Translations under genes and position numbers: made by a program | Notes under the pieces: model-generated | The model's input: only the letters and a program-made list of their open reading frames with translations | Told to the model about the DNA's origin: nothing | Database searches by the model: none | NCBI RefSeq assembly: GCF_009914755.1 | Contig: NC_060932.1 | Strand: one strand, 5' to 3' | From: the human T2T-CHM13v2.0 reference genome, Homo sapiens | DNA length: 64,000 bases | In this document: positions 45,011 through 58,625 of the stretch, piece by piece | Numbering within the stretch: the stretch's first letter is position 1 | Layout of the letters: every line of letters begins with the position of its first letter

Positions 45011-47577
45011 ACCTAGGAGGAGGGCACACAGAACCCCTAATCCAGACTGGAGAGATTCAATGTTCAATAAGCTGTACCACCCCCATCCACAAAGAGGGTG
45101 CAGTCTACTGGAGGAGGCTGCACCCAAACTCTGCATACAGCCCTTGAACTCTCACCTCTTTACATCCATACAGGAACAATCTCTCCCTTCTGTCATACCC
45201 ATGGCAGCTGTGATCAAGGAAATCCTTTAAAGAACAGGAAGAAGCATATCCCCCAGTAGAGGAGCCTTTGTATGAGCTGCTGAGTGATGTGGTCATTGTG
45301 GCCAAGGGATGAAATGCATCTTGAGGGGGAACATTTGGAAAAGAGTCACATGGAGGGAGCCCTCAGCACGGTAAATACAGCAGCACCTCGTGGCTGTAAA
45401 GCAAGGGTCTCCCTTTTGCAGCTCACAAGCATAGAGCCTCAGGTACAAACCATCATCACATTACAGAGAACTGACCATTCTTCCTGAGACAAACAATGGT
45501 TCTCATTAAGCTCTTTATAAAATCAGGCTGGTCAAATGTTGTATGTGGAATCACTGAATTAAAATAGAGAAGGCACTCAAGAATTCATCTAGCTGTCCTT
45601 TTCCCCCATCTACCATTTGTTAAGCACCTACTATGTGGCAGGCAGTGTATTAGGGGCCTTAGATGGTCTCTCCTTTTGTCCATACAATCCCCTGCACATT
45701 AGATATTATTTTTTAAATTTATGGTAAGGAAATGTAAGACTCCTGGAAGTTAAATAATATACTTGACTTGAACAAGTATAACAAAGCTAGGATTCAAACT
45801 CAGACCTAGACTACTTGAGTTTCTCTCTTTTTCAAAGGGGTGTGTAGTAGTCTATTATATGTATACTATGGTTTATTTAATAAATCCCTTTTATTTTCTG
45901 CTCTTCCAAATCACAATCAAGGCTTCAGTGAACCTCCTTGTATATAATACTTTAAATATATTTTTATTGGTATATAATATACATACCTACAGAAAAGTAC
46001 ATAAATCCTAAGTTCAGCATCTGATGAATTATCAAAAAGTGAACTTTACCATGTAACCACCACTAACATCAAGAAACAACAATATCAGCACCTTAGAAGC
46101 CCACTTTGTGGCATCTCCTAGTTATTTATTTCACTCACCTCCCCAAAGAGCTAGTATCAAACATAAGGGCCTACCACAGTGTGGGAGTTCATTGAAATAA
46201 AAGCGAAAGGGCAGGAGTTATAAATTAGGTATATAACTTAGGCCAAGACCTAAAACAACATTTGGTCATAACTACATGACTATTAGTTATCTACCTTAAT
46301 GAGAAGTTAGTGGATATAAAGAAATTAGGGAGCAAAATGAAGGCACCAGGGTGCAAAATGTGTTAACAATTAATATTACAGAATGTCTCAAGGCCTAGGG
46401 GGGTTTAAAAAACAAGAGAATATTAGGTTTCCAGTTTCATTTGGCTAGGGATTCCCAGCTCTGATGAGACGGGAAGGCCATAAAGTACCTGAGGGTTTTG
46501 GCTTGTTCAGGTTCCATTCAGCTCAATAATTTCATGATGATAAAATTAAGAGGAACATGCATTTACTGAACTCCCATAACCTGGCAGACCCTTTACAGAT
46601 ATGAGATCATTAAATCCCTTCAACAACTTTTTTTAATACCACTATCCTCACGTTACAGAAGAAAAATGGAGGCTCAAGAAGGAGAAATAACCAGCTCAAG
46701 GTCACCTTGCTAATAAGAAGTGGATTAGCAAGGACGAAAGCCCACATCTGTCCAACTTCACGGCCTGCGCTCTTTCTATTATAGTCTGCTGCCTTCCCTT
46801 CCAGGTTTTCTGTTAAGTTACAGACCACTGATTTCCTAGAGAAGTAACCTATTGGTAGGTGAGCTGGTACTGCAATAGTAACAAAAGATGTGAGTGAGAA
46901 ACTCTGAAATCCATTTTATGTTTCCAAGCTTCTCTTCTACAGTGCTGGAGCCTACCATTTTTTGTGGTTACTCATTTTTTTTTTTTTAATTTAGTTTGTT
47001 TCCTCTTATTCACTGATGACATACTTTTGCCTCCAAGGTGACAAAGTCACTAGACAGTTAAAACATTTAGTTACACAGGTTATCTGGCACACCTTCCAAC
47101 AAAAGAAAAGATGATAGTTCACAGGTCTGTTGAGGTCTGAATTTAACTTTGCCCCCTCCTCTCTAACTTTTTCCACAACCATCGCCAATATTGATTTTCA
47201 AATGTGTACAGGTACACTGAAGAAGGGAAAAGATTCTGATGTGTTTAACTGAAGCCACTGAGTTACAGGTTGACCAAATTCACACAGAGATTTTATCTAT
47301 CTCATGTTACTTGTGACAAATTTACTCATAACTCTATTAAGCACTTAAGTGTACAGTAAAATCCACTGTGACTAATGCTTTTCTTCTTTCTGTTTTGGAA
47401 ACACTAATAGGTTTGGGCTGACAGTCGAGATAAGAGAAAAAAAGAGAAATTTCTTTTACCTACTTACTTTTCCATTTGTGTCAAGTTTCCTATAAACTTA
47501 ACATCTTTTAAATAACTAACAAAACTCTGTAGACATTATTTATAATTCATGTTACCTCATTTTTAGTAAGTGCTTAC

Positions 47578-47650
47578 CTTGACCAGAATTATATATTGCT
47601 TTTACAGACTTCTTCACTTTCTGAAGGGCTGTTCTATCTTGGTCTAGAGC
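47578..47650 (-). CDS. ASAP1: ASAP1 internal coding exon (73 nt, phase 0 to 1), BAR domain
   Basis: Minus strand reads ...ttctcttttag|GCTCTAGACCAAGATAGA...TCTGGTCAAG|gtaagc and translates ALDQDRTALQKVKKSVKAIYNSGQ(D), matching ASAP1 as I recall it. Strong pyrimidine tract, branch-like ttctaat and a consensus donor. Confidence 0.97.
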
Positions 47651-48747
47651 CTAAAAGAGAAAAAAGGGGGAAAAGATATTAGAAGATTTGGTAAATTAAA
47701 AAAATAATAAGAAAAATTCATTTGTAATTGCATTTGTTTTCCTGAGTACCAAAGCAACAGCAAACTGACATATTCATTAACAATGAATCATATCAGACTG
47801 GAAGTCCCTGGGATCTGAGTAGTTATATTTTCCGGAGAAGTGCAGTCATTCCACAAAGCTCAGTGTGTGAAATGGATAGCATTTTAGTCAGTCAATTATC
47901 ATGCTAAGCTATGCACAAGAAAGACAGTACAAGACACTGAAGAAATCTTAAGGCTTGGATTCTTTCATGCATTTACAATCTGGTAAGGAGAAAAGGCAAG
48001 CATAGACATGAATGGCACAATACCCAGGCAACAGGACACACTTTATCACCTAAATGGTAATTTTAGCCAGAAAAACATTTCAAGGGGTATAATGAGTAGG
48101 AATGACCTGAAGAGCTTTTCACAGTGCTTTTAAGTTTTGCGATTTCTTTTAGTGTTAAAAAAAAAAATTAGTTATGACATATGGCAGTTGAATTTTGGCA
48201 ATCTTTTAATTTAAAAAAACAGGTTGGAAAATGCCATCATGATGCTGGTAATGCTTTTAAATGATTTCTTGGATGATGAATCAACACATTAATCTACCTG
48301 TGGTATAAGCAGGGGGGCTTCTAGGAGTCTATTGTTGTTGATTCTTAATCCAGGTACAGGATATACCATTGTGTTTAGTTTGTTAAAATTCAGCAAATTG
48401 TGCGTTTAGGCTATGTACTCCTTTCTGTATGTGTATCACACTCCAAAAACAAGTTTAAAATGGGGCATAGTCAATATACTTGGCACACTGGACTAACTTG
48501 TTAAAACAATTTTAGGCCCCTTTCTGCTACTTCAAGGGCCTCTGGTCTGCTTGGGAACCCCTAGATGATATGTCAAGATTTGGAAGGCATGAGCAATAAC
48601 AGTAATAAACTGCATAAATAAAAATTTAAAACATTAAATGTACACTCACATCCATTACATCATCTAAACCTCAGAACTTCAGACCAGAAAACTGAAGCCC
48701 ACAGAGGCTAAGTACTTCCCTGAAGAAGCCGAAAGGGATAAATGCAA

Positions 48748-49196
48748 TGGTAGCAGGCACCTACAATTCCCCTTATGGAAAATGGTCTTTCCTACCACCT
48801 TCCTTCACCTCTTGTTCTCTAGACCCCAGTGTCTGGCCAGGTGAGCACCAGACTCATACTGGACTCAACGTCATTCCTCGGATTTCTGGGCTTGGAAACA
48901 AGGACCACAATGCTCAGTCGCTTTCTGGTCACATCAGCTTAAGACTGCCAGTGGTTCTGTTTCTTGATGTGAGGAAAAATCTGGCCAGACAAAATGACAT
49001 TAACAGAGACACAGTAACAGAGAAAAGAGGTAGAGACACTCCTCTGGCATCTGAGTTTTTGCTTCCAGCTGTTCCCAAGGCATATGTCACTGTTAACCTT
49101 CCTACAGTCTGAGTACACGAGACAACAAATTCCTTCTGTCCCAAGCCAGTTGAGCTTGGAATTCTGTCACTTGCAACCACAGGTCCTAAGTAACAC
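48748..49196 (+). mobile_element. Old ERVL-class LTR (LTR16/LTR33-like)
   Basis: 3' end acaaattccttctgtcccaagccagttgagcttggaattctgtcacttgcaacc...cctaagtaaca. Confidence 0.6.
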
Positions 49197-49929
49197 TAGA
49201 ACTAACATTTACTGAGCACTTACTAGACATCAGGTATAAAACTTATTATATTTATAAAACATATCAATTATATAAGATATATACACTTTCAAATATTTTA
49301 TCTCTTTGCATTGCATCTTTACAGAAACCTGTTAAGGATCATCTTCATTTTTCAGATAAGGAAATGTAGTAGACCTTCAATAAATATTTATAGAAAGGCA
49401 AGGTGAGAAAGGTTAAGTAACTTTCCCAAGGTCACAGAGCCAGAAAATGCTAATGTCACATTCTACACTTATATCTACCAAATCCCAAAGTGTATGCTTT
49501 CTTTACTGGGATGCTGAGACAAAAAACAGGGTTTCCAGACTGCAAGTCTAACACGATTTCCACCATACCCATCACCTACATTCTAACTCCATATCTTATC
49601 ACATCCACTGCCTACCTGTACTTCTGTTCAATATCTTCCTTTAAATACTCTTGTATCTTTTTAAAAAAATTTAAATAACTGTATTGTAAAGAGTTACAAT
49701 AAATGAAAAACCAGGATCACTTACCATTGATAGAAGACACTTTGAAAATTACAATGTACCTCTACCTATACAAAATGCTCCTCCGCTTAGGATCTCAAGT
49801 CATCTCACATACCTGTCATGCTGCATGTCATGCTTAAGGGAATGTTTTATGAGACATTTCAGGGAAGAGATAAATTTTGTATTACTGAAAAGATTTAAGA
49901 TTTGCATTGTAGAGGAAAGAGGGAAGATA

Positions 49930-50170
49930 ACTAATATTTAACATATACTTGGTATAAACCAGAAAGCATGCTAAGAGGTTTACAGAGATTATCTCACTTA
50001 ATTCTCACAAAAGTCCTGTGAAATAAATATTCTTATTATATCCATTTTATGGATGAGGAAACAGAGGCTTGGCTTAGAAAGGTTAACTTGTCCAGGGTGG
50101 CTGAGCTGGAATTTGAACCCAGGTCTTTGACAACACAGAGCCTTATCTTCTAACCACTACCTAATTCTGC
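49930..50170 (-). mobile_element. MIR
   Basis: attatctcacttaattctcacaaaagtcctgtga...ccattttatggatgaggaaacagaggct...gagctggaatttgaacccaggtct. Confidence 0.8.
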
Positions 50171-51739
50171 ATTCTAATGATATCCGCGATAGGCTGAAAC
50201 TAAAAACAGTCTCATCATATGGGGGAGGTGACGACTATATACCAGTTTTGAGATAAACCTGAGTTTTAAAAATATATAAGACATTTAGATTGCTAAGAGC
50301 AGGAGGGAAAGAACATGATGCAAATAAGCATTTACTTAAAAGACTGAATCCAATGGGTTTATTCTTAGATGAACTGTTTTTGTGATGTCATTGTTTTAAA
50401 ATGCTAAAAATAGTCATTAATTTTTTTCCATACTTATGATTGCCCTTTTTCCCTGATGAAAAACCTTGGGCCTTAGAGAAATTAGTTAGCTTGCCAAGTG
50501 TCACATACTAAGTAAGAGAAGAGCCAGCCTATGCTTTTTCAACCATGCCATCTAATCTGTTGTGGAAGGCAAGTCCAAGTTTCCCCTGAATCAACATTTC
50601 TTAATTATTTTCAAGAAAGAAACAAAGATCTGCTTCTGGAGGAGAATAACCTATCGGTTATCTTTGGGGGAATAATGACTAAAAAAGGATGGCTGTAGTC
50701 TAACAGAAATTACTAAGTGGACTTTACAGTTAACTCCAAATGAGCAAATGAATGTGAAAGATTTCAGCCATAACATTTTTTGAGACCATCTACCTACTTC
50801 CTTTTGTGGGGGGGAGCGGGTACAGTCTCAGAATTTCTGTTCAATGTTTACCAACTTGCCTATGAACTGGTAGGGTGTAAAGTTCATCTACTTACTTTTA
50901 AAGTTTATTGAAAGCATCCTCATTTGACAGCTACAGTCAGGTAAGTCTAGGTGACACTTCTTTTTTTTTAAGCTTGAGTGTTTGGCCACTGGCAAAAATA
51001 AGCTAAATAAAATGCACTTTTAAGAGCCTCATGTTTTAGAGAGACAGGGGATACTGTCCTTCAATCAAACAAGGCTCCCTCTAGAAATAATACAAGTCTA
51101 AGTGTGCTACAAAGTTTTATTCCCATAAATGCCAAACAACAACTGCAGTGACATCCTCTGAAATGTCGTATATGTAAAATTAAATAAGGGCTAAGAGAAA
51201 AATGGTAGATAATATAGGCTATAAGATTATCTTTCCCAAATCATTAGAAGTATGATAAAACGTGTGCGGGCATTTCTAAGTATGTATCCGCAGTTGGACA
51301 ACTCAAAAGAGTGGGGTGAGGGGGAAAGAATGAATTAACAAATAAATGAATACAGGAGAATGTAAAGTTGTGCCATACGGCATTATTACATTCTCTTTAA
51401 CATTACATAACTAAGGATCAGGGATGGTAGTCTAGGAGAGCACTTCCAACCTTGATACGAAGACTTTTTACTTTTATTTCACACATAGTCCTAACAAGTT
51501 TTGTCATTTGAATCTAGGCCCAGAGAAGATGCAGGCTGCTGCAAATCAGAGAGAGGCTGCTAGGAAGCCATACTGACAGAGGCACTACATGAGAGCTGAC
51601 AGCCAAAAGGATGTAGAAAAATTATACAAACCAGACCATAAGGACAGAAAAGTCCTTGAGACTTTGAGGACAAGGAGGGTAGCATACCTCTCCAGGCCGA
51701 GTGGTATCCCTCAGTCACAGCAGAGTGTAAGAGCAGATG

Positions 51740-52150
51740 TTCTCAGAGACGCGTATGAATCTGACCATGCCTGCTCAGGACATTTGAACTAGTTGATTGC
51801 TCTGCCTAGAACTCTTCCCCAAAGCTCTCTGGATGACTGGCTCTTTCTTCTTACACAAGCCTCGGATTAAGAGTCCTTTCCCCACAAAAGCCTTCTAAGG
51901 ATACCCTACAGCAGTGTATACCCTCGGCCCACCCAAGGGTTACTCTCAAATGCACGTCATGCCAGTTTTTCCATAGTGTTACCACATCCTGAAATGATCC
52001 TGTTCATGATTTGTTTGCTTTTACGGTATTTTTCTCTCTACTAGAAGAATGGAAGTTCTATGAAAGCAGGGGCTTGTATAACCTGTTCATGGCTGAGTTC
52101 CTAGTCCTAGTGTCTAGCACACAGTAGATGCTCAAAAATGCTTATGAAAT
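51740..52150 (+). mobile_element. L2 3' region
   Basis: ctactagaagaatggaagttctatgaaagcagggg...tagcacacagtagatgctcaaaaatg. Confidence 0.7.
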
Positions 52151-53522
52151 GAAGCGACAAATGACTGAATACATAAACTCATCAGTATAATCATCTCCAC
52201 AAAACAGAGAAGTAGGCAACATAAGACTTGCTTTGAAAATGGTTGACAAAATAGTTCTAGATTCAGAAAACATGGTCCTCTGTAATTCTTCCCCTAATGG
52301 TTTTGAATAAAGTTTAAAGGTATACATATCTAATATGTATAGCCATATATGTAGAAGAGATATGACTATACAGTCATGAGAATAATGTCTTAACAGGACA
52401 TTGCCTTCAAATAGTTATTCTGTGAACTTTCTTTAAAAATATTTTATTGAAATATATTTATGCTAACTGAGCAATGGCAATACTGTTGCCACTATTCATT
52501 AAGACTTTCTATTTTAGAATTACTTTCTAAATCTATGGCACTTTCTATATACTCAAGTGGGAAAATTGCTTTTATTTTGGGTAGATTAGATTTTAGACAA
52601 TAACCACAACTCTTTGGAGCTAAATTTTATGTTTACAGAGGCAGGAAATAGTACATAACAATAAAATATTAGCATAGAACTTCCTAGAGATATGCCAAGG
52701 TAGCAGGGAATTATACCTACCATCTAGGAGTGCTCTGAGCATTCAATACATTAATGTGCCTAGAAGTGGCTAGCACAAAGTCTTGAATGGAGCAGGTGCT
52801 CAAAAATGACCAGCTATCATTACTCTCACCTCAGAAGGCAGTTGCCAGTGAAACACTTGGAGCAGTGACAGCAAAACACCTCTGAAACAAATACTCCTAT
52901 ACCAAAGTGATTTCCTTAAAAAAAAAAAAAAAAAAAAAACAACTTTTTTTTTTTTTTAACTCACTTGGAAAAAAAAAGGGCTTCCATTGTATTGCTTTAT
53001 AGTATATTCAGAGAGGTCATTTAAAAAATGCTTTTTAATGGATGCATTTGTCCCATAATCGCCACAAGGCAAATGTTCTTATATGTGTTATTCCTTTAAT
53101 AGGGGAAGCAAGGGAATGCTACTTTGGCCTAATTTTGGTTTAGACTCTGATTACTTCAGCCTTGAGCTTGTTGGGCAATCATGCTACCTTGATGGGAGGA
53201 GTGAGGATTGAAGAGCAATGTGTTTAGGGATGCCTAATTAACACTTGCATAAGAGGATGAAAAAGTGACATAAGTTCTCATGCAGCCTCACAGCCAAATC
53301 AGTAAATTATTTACCCATTGTAAATCTCCATATGCTAGAACATATACGTGAATAATCATAATGTGAAGGCATAAGCTCTTTCTATGCATTCATTCACACT
53401 GTCCAATGTGATCATGAGTAGAGTTGTGGATAAAGGTGCCAGAAGAAAGAATTGACAATGAAGAATTGTCACTGTCTCCTCCTCAAAAAGGGGAAAGATA
53501 TAGGCAAACCACGCAAATGTGT

Positions 53523-53630
53523 GCTGTTGACCTTCCATACCTGTGGGTTCCACAGGCCAACTGTGGGACTTGCATGTGCATAGATTTTGGTATCTGTGGG
53601 GATCCTGGAACCAATTTCTCTGAGATTTTT
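53523..53630. mobile_element. MER2-like TcMar-Tigger fragment
   Basis: gttgaccttccatacctgtgggttcc...gattttggtatctgtggggatcctggaaccaat. Confidence 0.65.
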
Positions 53631-54139
53631 TCTGATGATCATCAAACTTGGGTTTTTACATCATTTAGGCACTTATTCATCCACTCAGTGTGCTAGACGC
53701 TTCAACAGGCACCAGCCAAAGTGTGAAAACCAAATTGTGCATCTACCTCTCCTTAACCAGCTGCAGGCCTCCTCACTTCTTGCCACAGCAAAGCAGCAGC
53801 AGCAAAACCCTTTGCTAGAAGAAATGGGAAGCCTGGTAAGGCTTCTGATAAGATTGATAAAGTAAGTTGTTCATAAAACATTCATTATTGCTAACCTGGG
53901 GCTTGCTTTATCCATACTTCTCACATCATTCCACTCTACCTTATTTTTTAGATGTTTAAGTACCTGCGTCTCTCCCTGTACTCCATCAACTAAAAACTCC
54001 GTAAGAATAATACCAGGATAATATTCATGTTTATTTCTTCACATAGAAGATGCTTTGTAAGGATTCACTGACATGAATGAAAGGAATGAACACATACACA
54101 CTCTCTCTCTCTTTGGAGGAAGAAAGGAAAGATGAAAGA

Positions 54140-54645
54140 ATTCACTGTTCTTCCAATAAAACTAAGTCCTCGCTACTGCCTGCAAGGCCCTACGTGACCC
54201 AGCCTTCTGCCCTCTCCCCTCTGTTCCCACACCCTCCACTACTCATTATGTTCCAGCCACACCTACAGTCTTTCTAACCCCAATGAGCTAGTCCTGCCTT
54301 AAAGCTTTTAGAATTGCTGACCTCTCTCCTGAAATCTTTTTCTTAAAACTCTCTTCGCCTAAATCTAAACGGGCCTAGCTTGTACCTTCTCTCTTTTTTT
54401 CTGCCATTCAGGTCAAATGCCATCTCACAAGGACATTCTGATGGTCCAACTCCCAGTCACTGTCCATTCATTACCCTCTCTTACTTCCTAGGAAGAACTA
54501 ACACTCTCTGAAATGATCTTATTGTTATGCTCCTGCGTTTATGATCTGTCCCAATAGAATGTAATCTCTCAAAGAAGGTGGTGCTATCCTGTTCATGGCA
54601 ATGTCACCAGCACTGAAAACAATAGGAGATGTGCAGTAAATATCT
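54140..54645 (+). mobile_element. L2 3' region
   Basis: ttccagccacacctacagtctttc...aatagaatgtaatctc...ctgttcatggcaatgtcaccagcac...agtaaatat. Confidence 0.65.
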
Positions 54646-57013
54646 ATTATTTTTTTTACTTTCCCTTCTTTTCACAGGTGATGACCTATTAAATTCATTT
54701 TAAAGACTTGTGTTAGTCACTGATCTGGCTGGAGGGCCGAATCAAGGGTGTATAGATCACCCTGTTGTAATCTTCAGATCCAGACTAAAAGGCCCCAACA
54801 GGTAGCATGGTATCAGACCTATTAGAGCACTCAGTGGAAGGTGACTGAATGAACAAGCAAACAAATGGAAGGTGAAAGAATGAATATCTCTCTTATGTCT
54901 GTGTCTGACATTTGAGGACCTGTTGGTGGTTTCAGTTAAACTGGCCTGAGTACTATGTGAATATGAACTCCTTGTTGCCTTGCCCTCTCCTATACTAGTG
55001 AACAGATGGTCCCGGAATCTCCTGATTACTTGAAATTAAAACAAGAATGCCCATTCCTGGAGACTGTGCAAGAATCCAAAATGACCATGTGGGTACAATA
55101 AACCCTTCCAAAGCAGCTCTATCTCCTCATCTGAAAGGGTAAGTGGAGTGGCCACAAATGAAATTAAAACCTAACTAGTCTGAAAATATGTCTCATCATT
55201 TCCCCTCACTAGAATTATCTTTCTATGCACTCATCCACCCAGCAAACATTTACTAAGCAATGGCTAGGGGTTAGGCTATAAAGATACAGAAGCGAGTGAA
55301 ACATAGCCTGTCTGTATGGCACACCTTTGGAAGAGCAAAGTTAAGTTTCACGGGGTTCCAGGGATAACAAAAAGAAGGTTGGAAAGTAATTAAGCAGAGA
55401 AGAAGGGAGCTAACTAAGAGTGTCCCCTGTGGGCCAGGTGCTGTCCTAGGTCATCTCCATCTTTAACCCCTGCAATCCTGGAGGAGAAGACGCCCATGGC
55501 ATTCTATCTGACACTCCTCTTGGAACAAGCCAGGAAGGAATGGGAGTAAGGGTGCAGACAGGAAAGACAAGTTGAGGCAGAGAGAAGCAGAACAGAAATA
55601 GGAACTCCAATTACAGCAATTTGAGGAGTTGAGGTGTGGAGTGCTAAGAATCATCCTGTGTAACAACACCCACAGTTAGTGGGGTTCAACCAGGAAGCAG
55701 CAGTGCAGAATACTTGCCAACAGAGGAAGAGGGACCTGGCAGCCGCAGCTTATATGAAAGGAAGAGGTAAAGATGTTATCATGTTAGTTTCAAGATTAAT
55801 ATGAGTTGATTGAGGCTGCCATGAAGGGGAAATGACCAACCTAAAATAAAATTTGATTTGCATAACACAGCCCCAAAATTGAAAGTTGGTATGTTATCTG
55901 CAAATAAAGGTTTTAAGATGTTTATCTGTGCTGTTTTAGACTATAAAAAGTGTCCTTAAGATTCTCCTGTGCTTATAAAGATTTCTGTCAGAAACATTTA
56001 ACGTCTTCTACGGTGCCTACAGCTTAATGGCTGCATGGTTCTCAGCTGGAATTTGACCAAAGAACAGGAAAGATCTGTAAATCCTAAACTTTGAAAGGTT
56101 TGGGCCCCACTTGACAAGTTACTTCACAGTTCAGATCCTTGGCAAAAATTTAACATACCACCTTCGACCAATATCTCCTAAACAATTCTAAGGATTTAGT
56201 CCATGCAAGAAAACACCACCAAGCTATCAACTTCCCAAGCCAAAGAAAAGGTACTGCATAAAACTAGCTCGCAAAAGTCTGCTCTCCTACGTAGGCATAA
56301 ATTATCTGTTAGGTGTGTATACGTTTTGAGGGCAGGGCCTATGTTAGGCCCAGAGTAGGGCTCAATAAATATCTGTCAAATAAATCTGCCTCTATATTAA
56401 AAGCATCAAGAATTAAAGCTGTACAGAAGAAAACTGGAACTCAATAATGCTGCTATTTCTCATGTACTATTTGTTTTAATGCCTTAGTGTTTATTACAAT
56501 CACTTAAAGGAAGCACCATCTTAACTAAGGTAAATATTGCAACACATATTTTTTGTTTGGGTAGCACACGTAAAAATATTCACTATCTAATCGCCCCGGG
56601 ACTCTTGGAGGTTACAGTGGTTCCCAAGCCTCATCTTGCCTTTCAAAAGTCAGTCACATCACGTATCAATAATGAAATCATTTTATAATCATTTATGAGG
56701 GCTTACGACCTGGATGAAGCACACTCCTCTCAATTAATCACTGCGAGTTGTAAAGGAAGTCTTACAAAGTCCTACATGTAACACGGGCAAAAGGAAGCCA
56801 TTTGCGGTGAAGGGCCTGCCTACCTCCCTCCCCTTCGCCCCCCCATGGGAAAAGCAGACTCCGAGAGAGACTAGATGAGTGAAGGGAGATGAGTGAAGTA
56901 TGGGCCTCCTATCATATCAACAACCTTTTCATTAAACCACTCTGCCTTTTGTACCAATGGCAGAATTCAGCAATGTGTACAGAGAAAGGAAAACAGATCC
57001 CCTTCAAAACCCT

Positions 57014-57374
57014 TGATATGGTTTGGCTCTGTGTCCCCACTCAAATCTCATGTTGAACTGTAATCCCCACATGTCAGGGAAGGGGCCTGGTGGGAGGTGA
57101 CTGGATCATGGGGGTGGTTTCCCCCATTCTGTTATCATAATAGTGAGTGAGTTCTCACAAGATCTGATGGTTAAAAAGTACGGTGCTTCCACTCTCTCTC
57201 TCTCCAGCGGCCTTGTGAAGAAGGTGCTTGCTTCGTCTTTGCCTTCTGCCATGACAGTAAGTTTCCTGAGGCTTCCCCAGCCACGCGGAACTGTGAGTCA
57301 ATTAAACGTCTTTTCTTTATAAATTACCCAATATCAGGTAGTTCTTTATACCAGTGTGAAAACAAACTAATACA
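57014..57374 (+). mobile_element. MSTA-like MaLR solo LTR
   Basis: TGATATGGTTTGGCT...AACTAATACA; perfect 5-bp TSD ACCCT (57009-57013, 57375-57379). Confidence 0.93.
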
Positions 57375-58404
57375 ACCCTTAAAATCAAACCTGTCATCCT
57401 AAACAACTACAGCCATTCCATACATTCTGTAAAGAGAACTCAACCCACCTCTGAGGGCTAAGCTAAGTTTTGCTTTTCTCTGGGATGCTCATTCTCTGCA
57501 CCTAATCAGTAGAATCCTTGATGGTCCCACACCATCTGGCACTAAGTTACTATGAGTACCCACAGTTCTAAGTGACCATTAATGTTCCAGAAATCAACTA
57601 CCATTTGTTAAGAGGTCCAACCTTTGCCTCTTGGAAGAAACATAGCCTATCACGCGGCAAGCTACCATCTTGAGAGGTGTAAAGCCACGGCTACAAACAC
57701 AAGCTTTGAGGTCATAGAGACCTGTGTCACTGCTTGGCTACCACACACTGACTGTGTGACCCTGGTCAAGTTAGTCACTCTCTCTGATACTAAAGGTACT
57801 GTTAACACCTTTCTCATATAATACCTGGCACAGACATGTGTTTGCTTCTTTTCCTCCTTTCCCCAATGGTCCTCAGAGTCTGATTTTGGTTCATTCTTGT
57901 CTCTTTTCTCCCCAGTATTGATGATGATAAAATGACAATGTGACATTGCCATTAATCTTATATCATCTTATATAATCAACACAGTAACTTATAAGAAGGT
58001 TTCTATTACCTATGTTTGACAGATAAGAAAATTGAACATCAGAATGGCCCTAAGATATGCAGCTAATAAGAGAGCCAGGATTCCAAAGCAGGTCTTCCTG
58101 ATCTCAAGGTCTATATTCATAACCATGTTGCTCTCCAACCCTTCAACCTGACACAATGGGGTTCAAAAGATGGAGGACCCTTAAAAAAAAACAACAACAA
58201 GGATTCAGTCATCAGGCCACTAGACAATCAGTTTCAAAGACCTTTTTCTTCCCATTCCAGGAGGCTCTATGTAAAACAGCTAAAGAGTAGTTGAGATAAA
58301 AAGCAAAGTGGGAAGGAGTCAACTTGCAGGTCACTGGGGTTGTGCCACCCAAGCAGGTCAGACGTGAGCTGCACATCAGCCATTTCACATAGGTCTATCT
58401 GCTA

Positions 58405-58625
58405 AATACTTTGCTCAGCATAGTGAGTGTCAGTTAAAACCACAGAGGGGCTTTCCACTTAGCTTCAGGCACACCCTGGGAACCACAGCTTTTGTGGACT
58501 TCACAAATTGAAAACTAGTCTTGACAATGAGCATCATTTTCACTAAAACTGATCGCTGGCATGTGTACCTGCATACAGAAAATAGGCTTAATATAAATAA
58601 CCAACCACAACACCACGTGGAGATG
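58405..58625. promoter_or_regulatory. Candidate intronic enhancer (RUNX x3, NF-kB, E-box)
   Basis: AACCACA at 58438, 58481 and 58603; GGGGCTTTCC at 58447; CCACGTGG at 58613. Motif evidence only. Confidence 0.4.

Noticed and set aside
57449-57501. Possible 53-nt minus-strand exon with GAG|gtgggt donor
   Set aside because: The acceptor lacks a pyrimidine tract; unsupported without RNA data.
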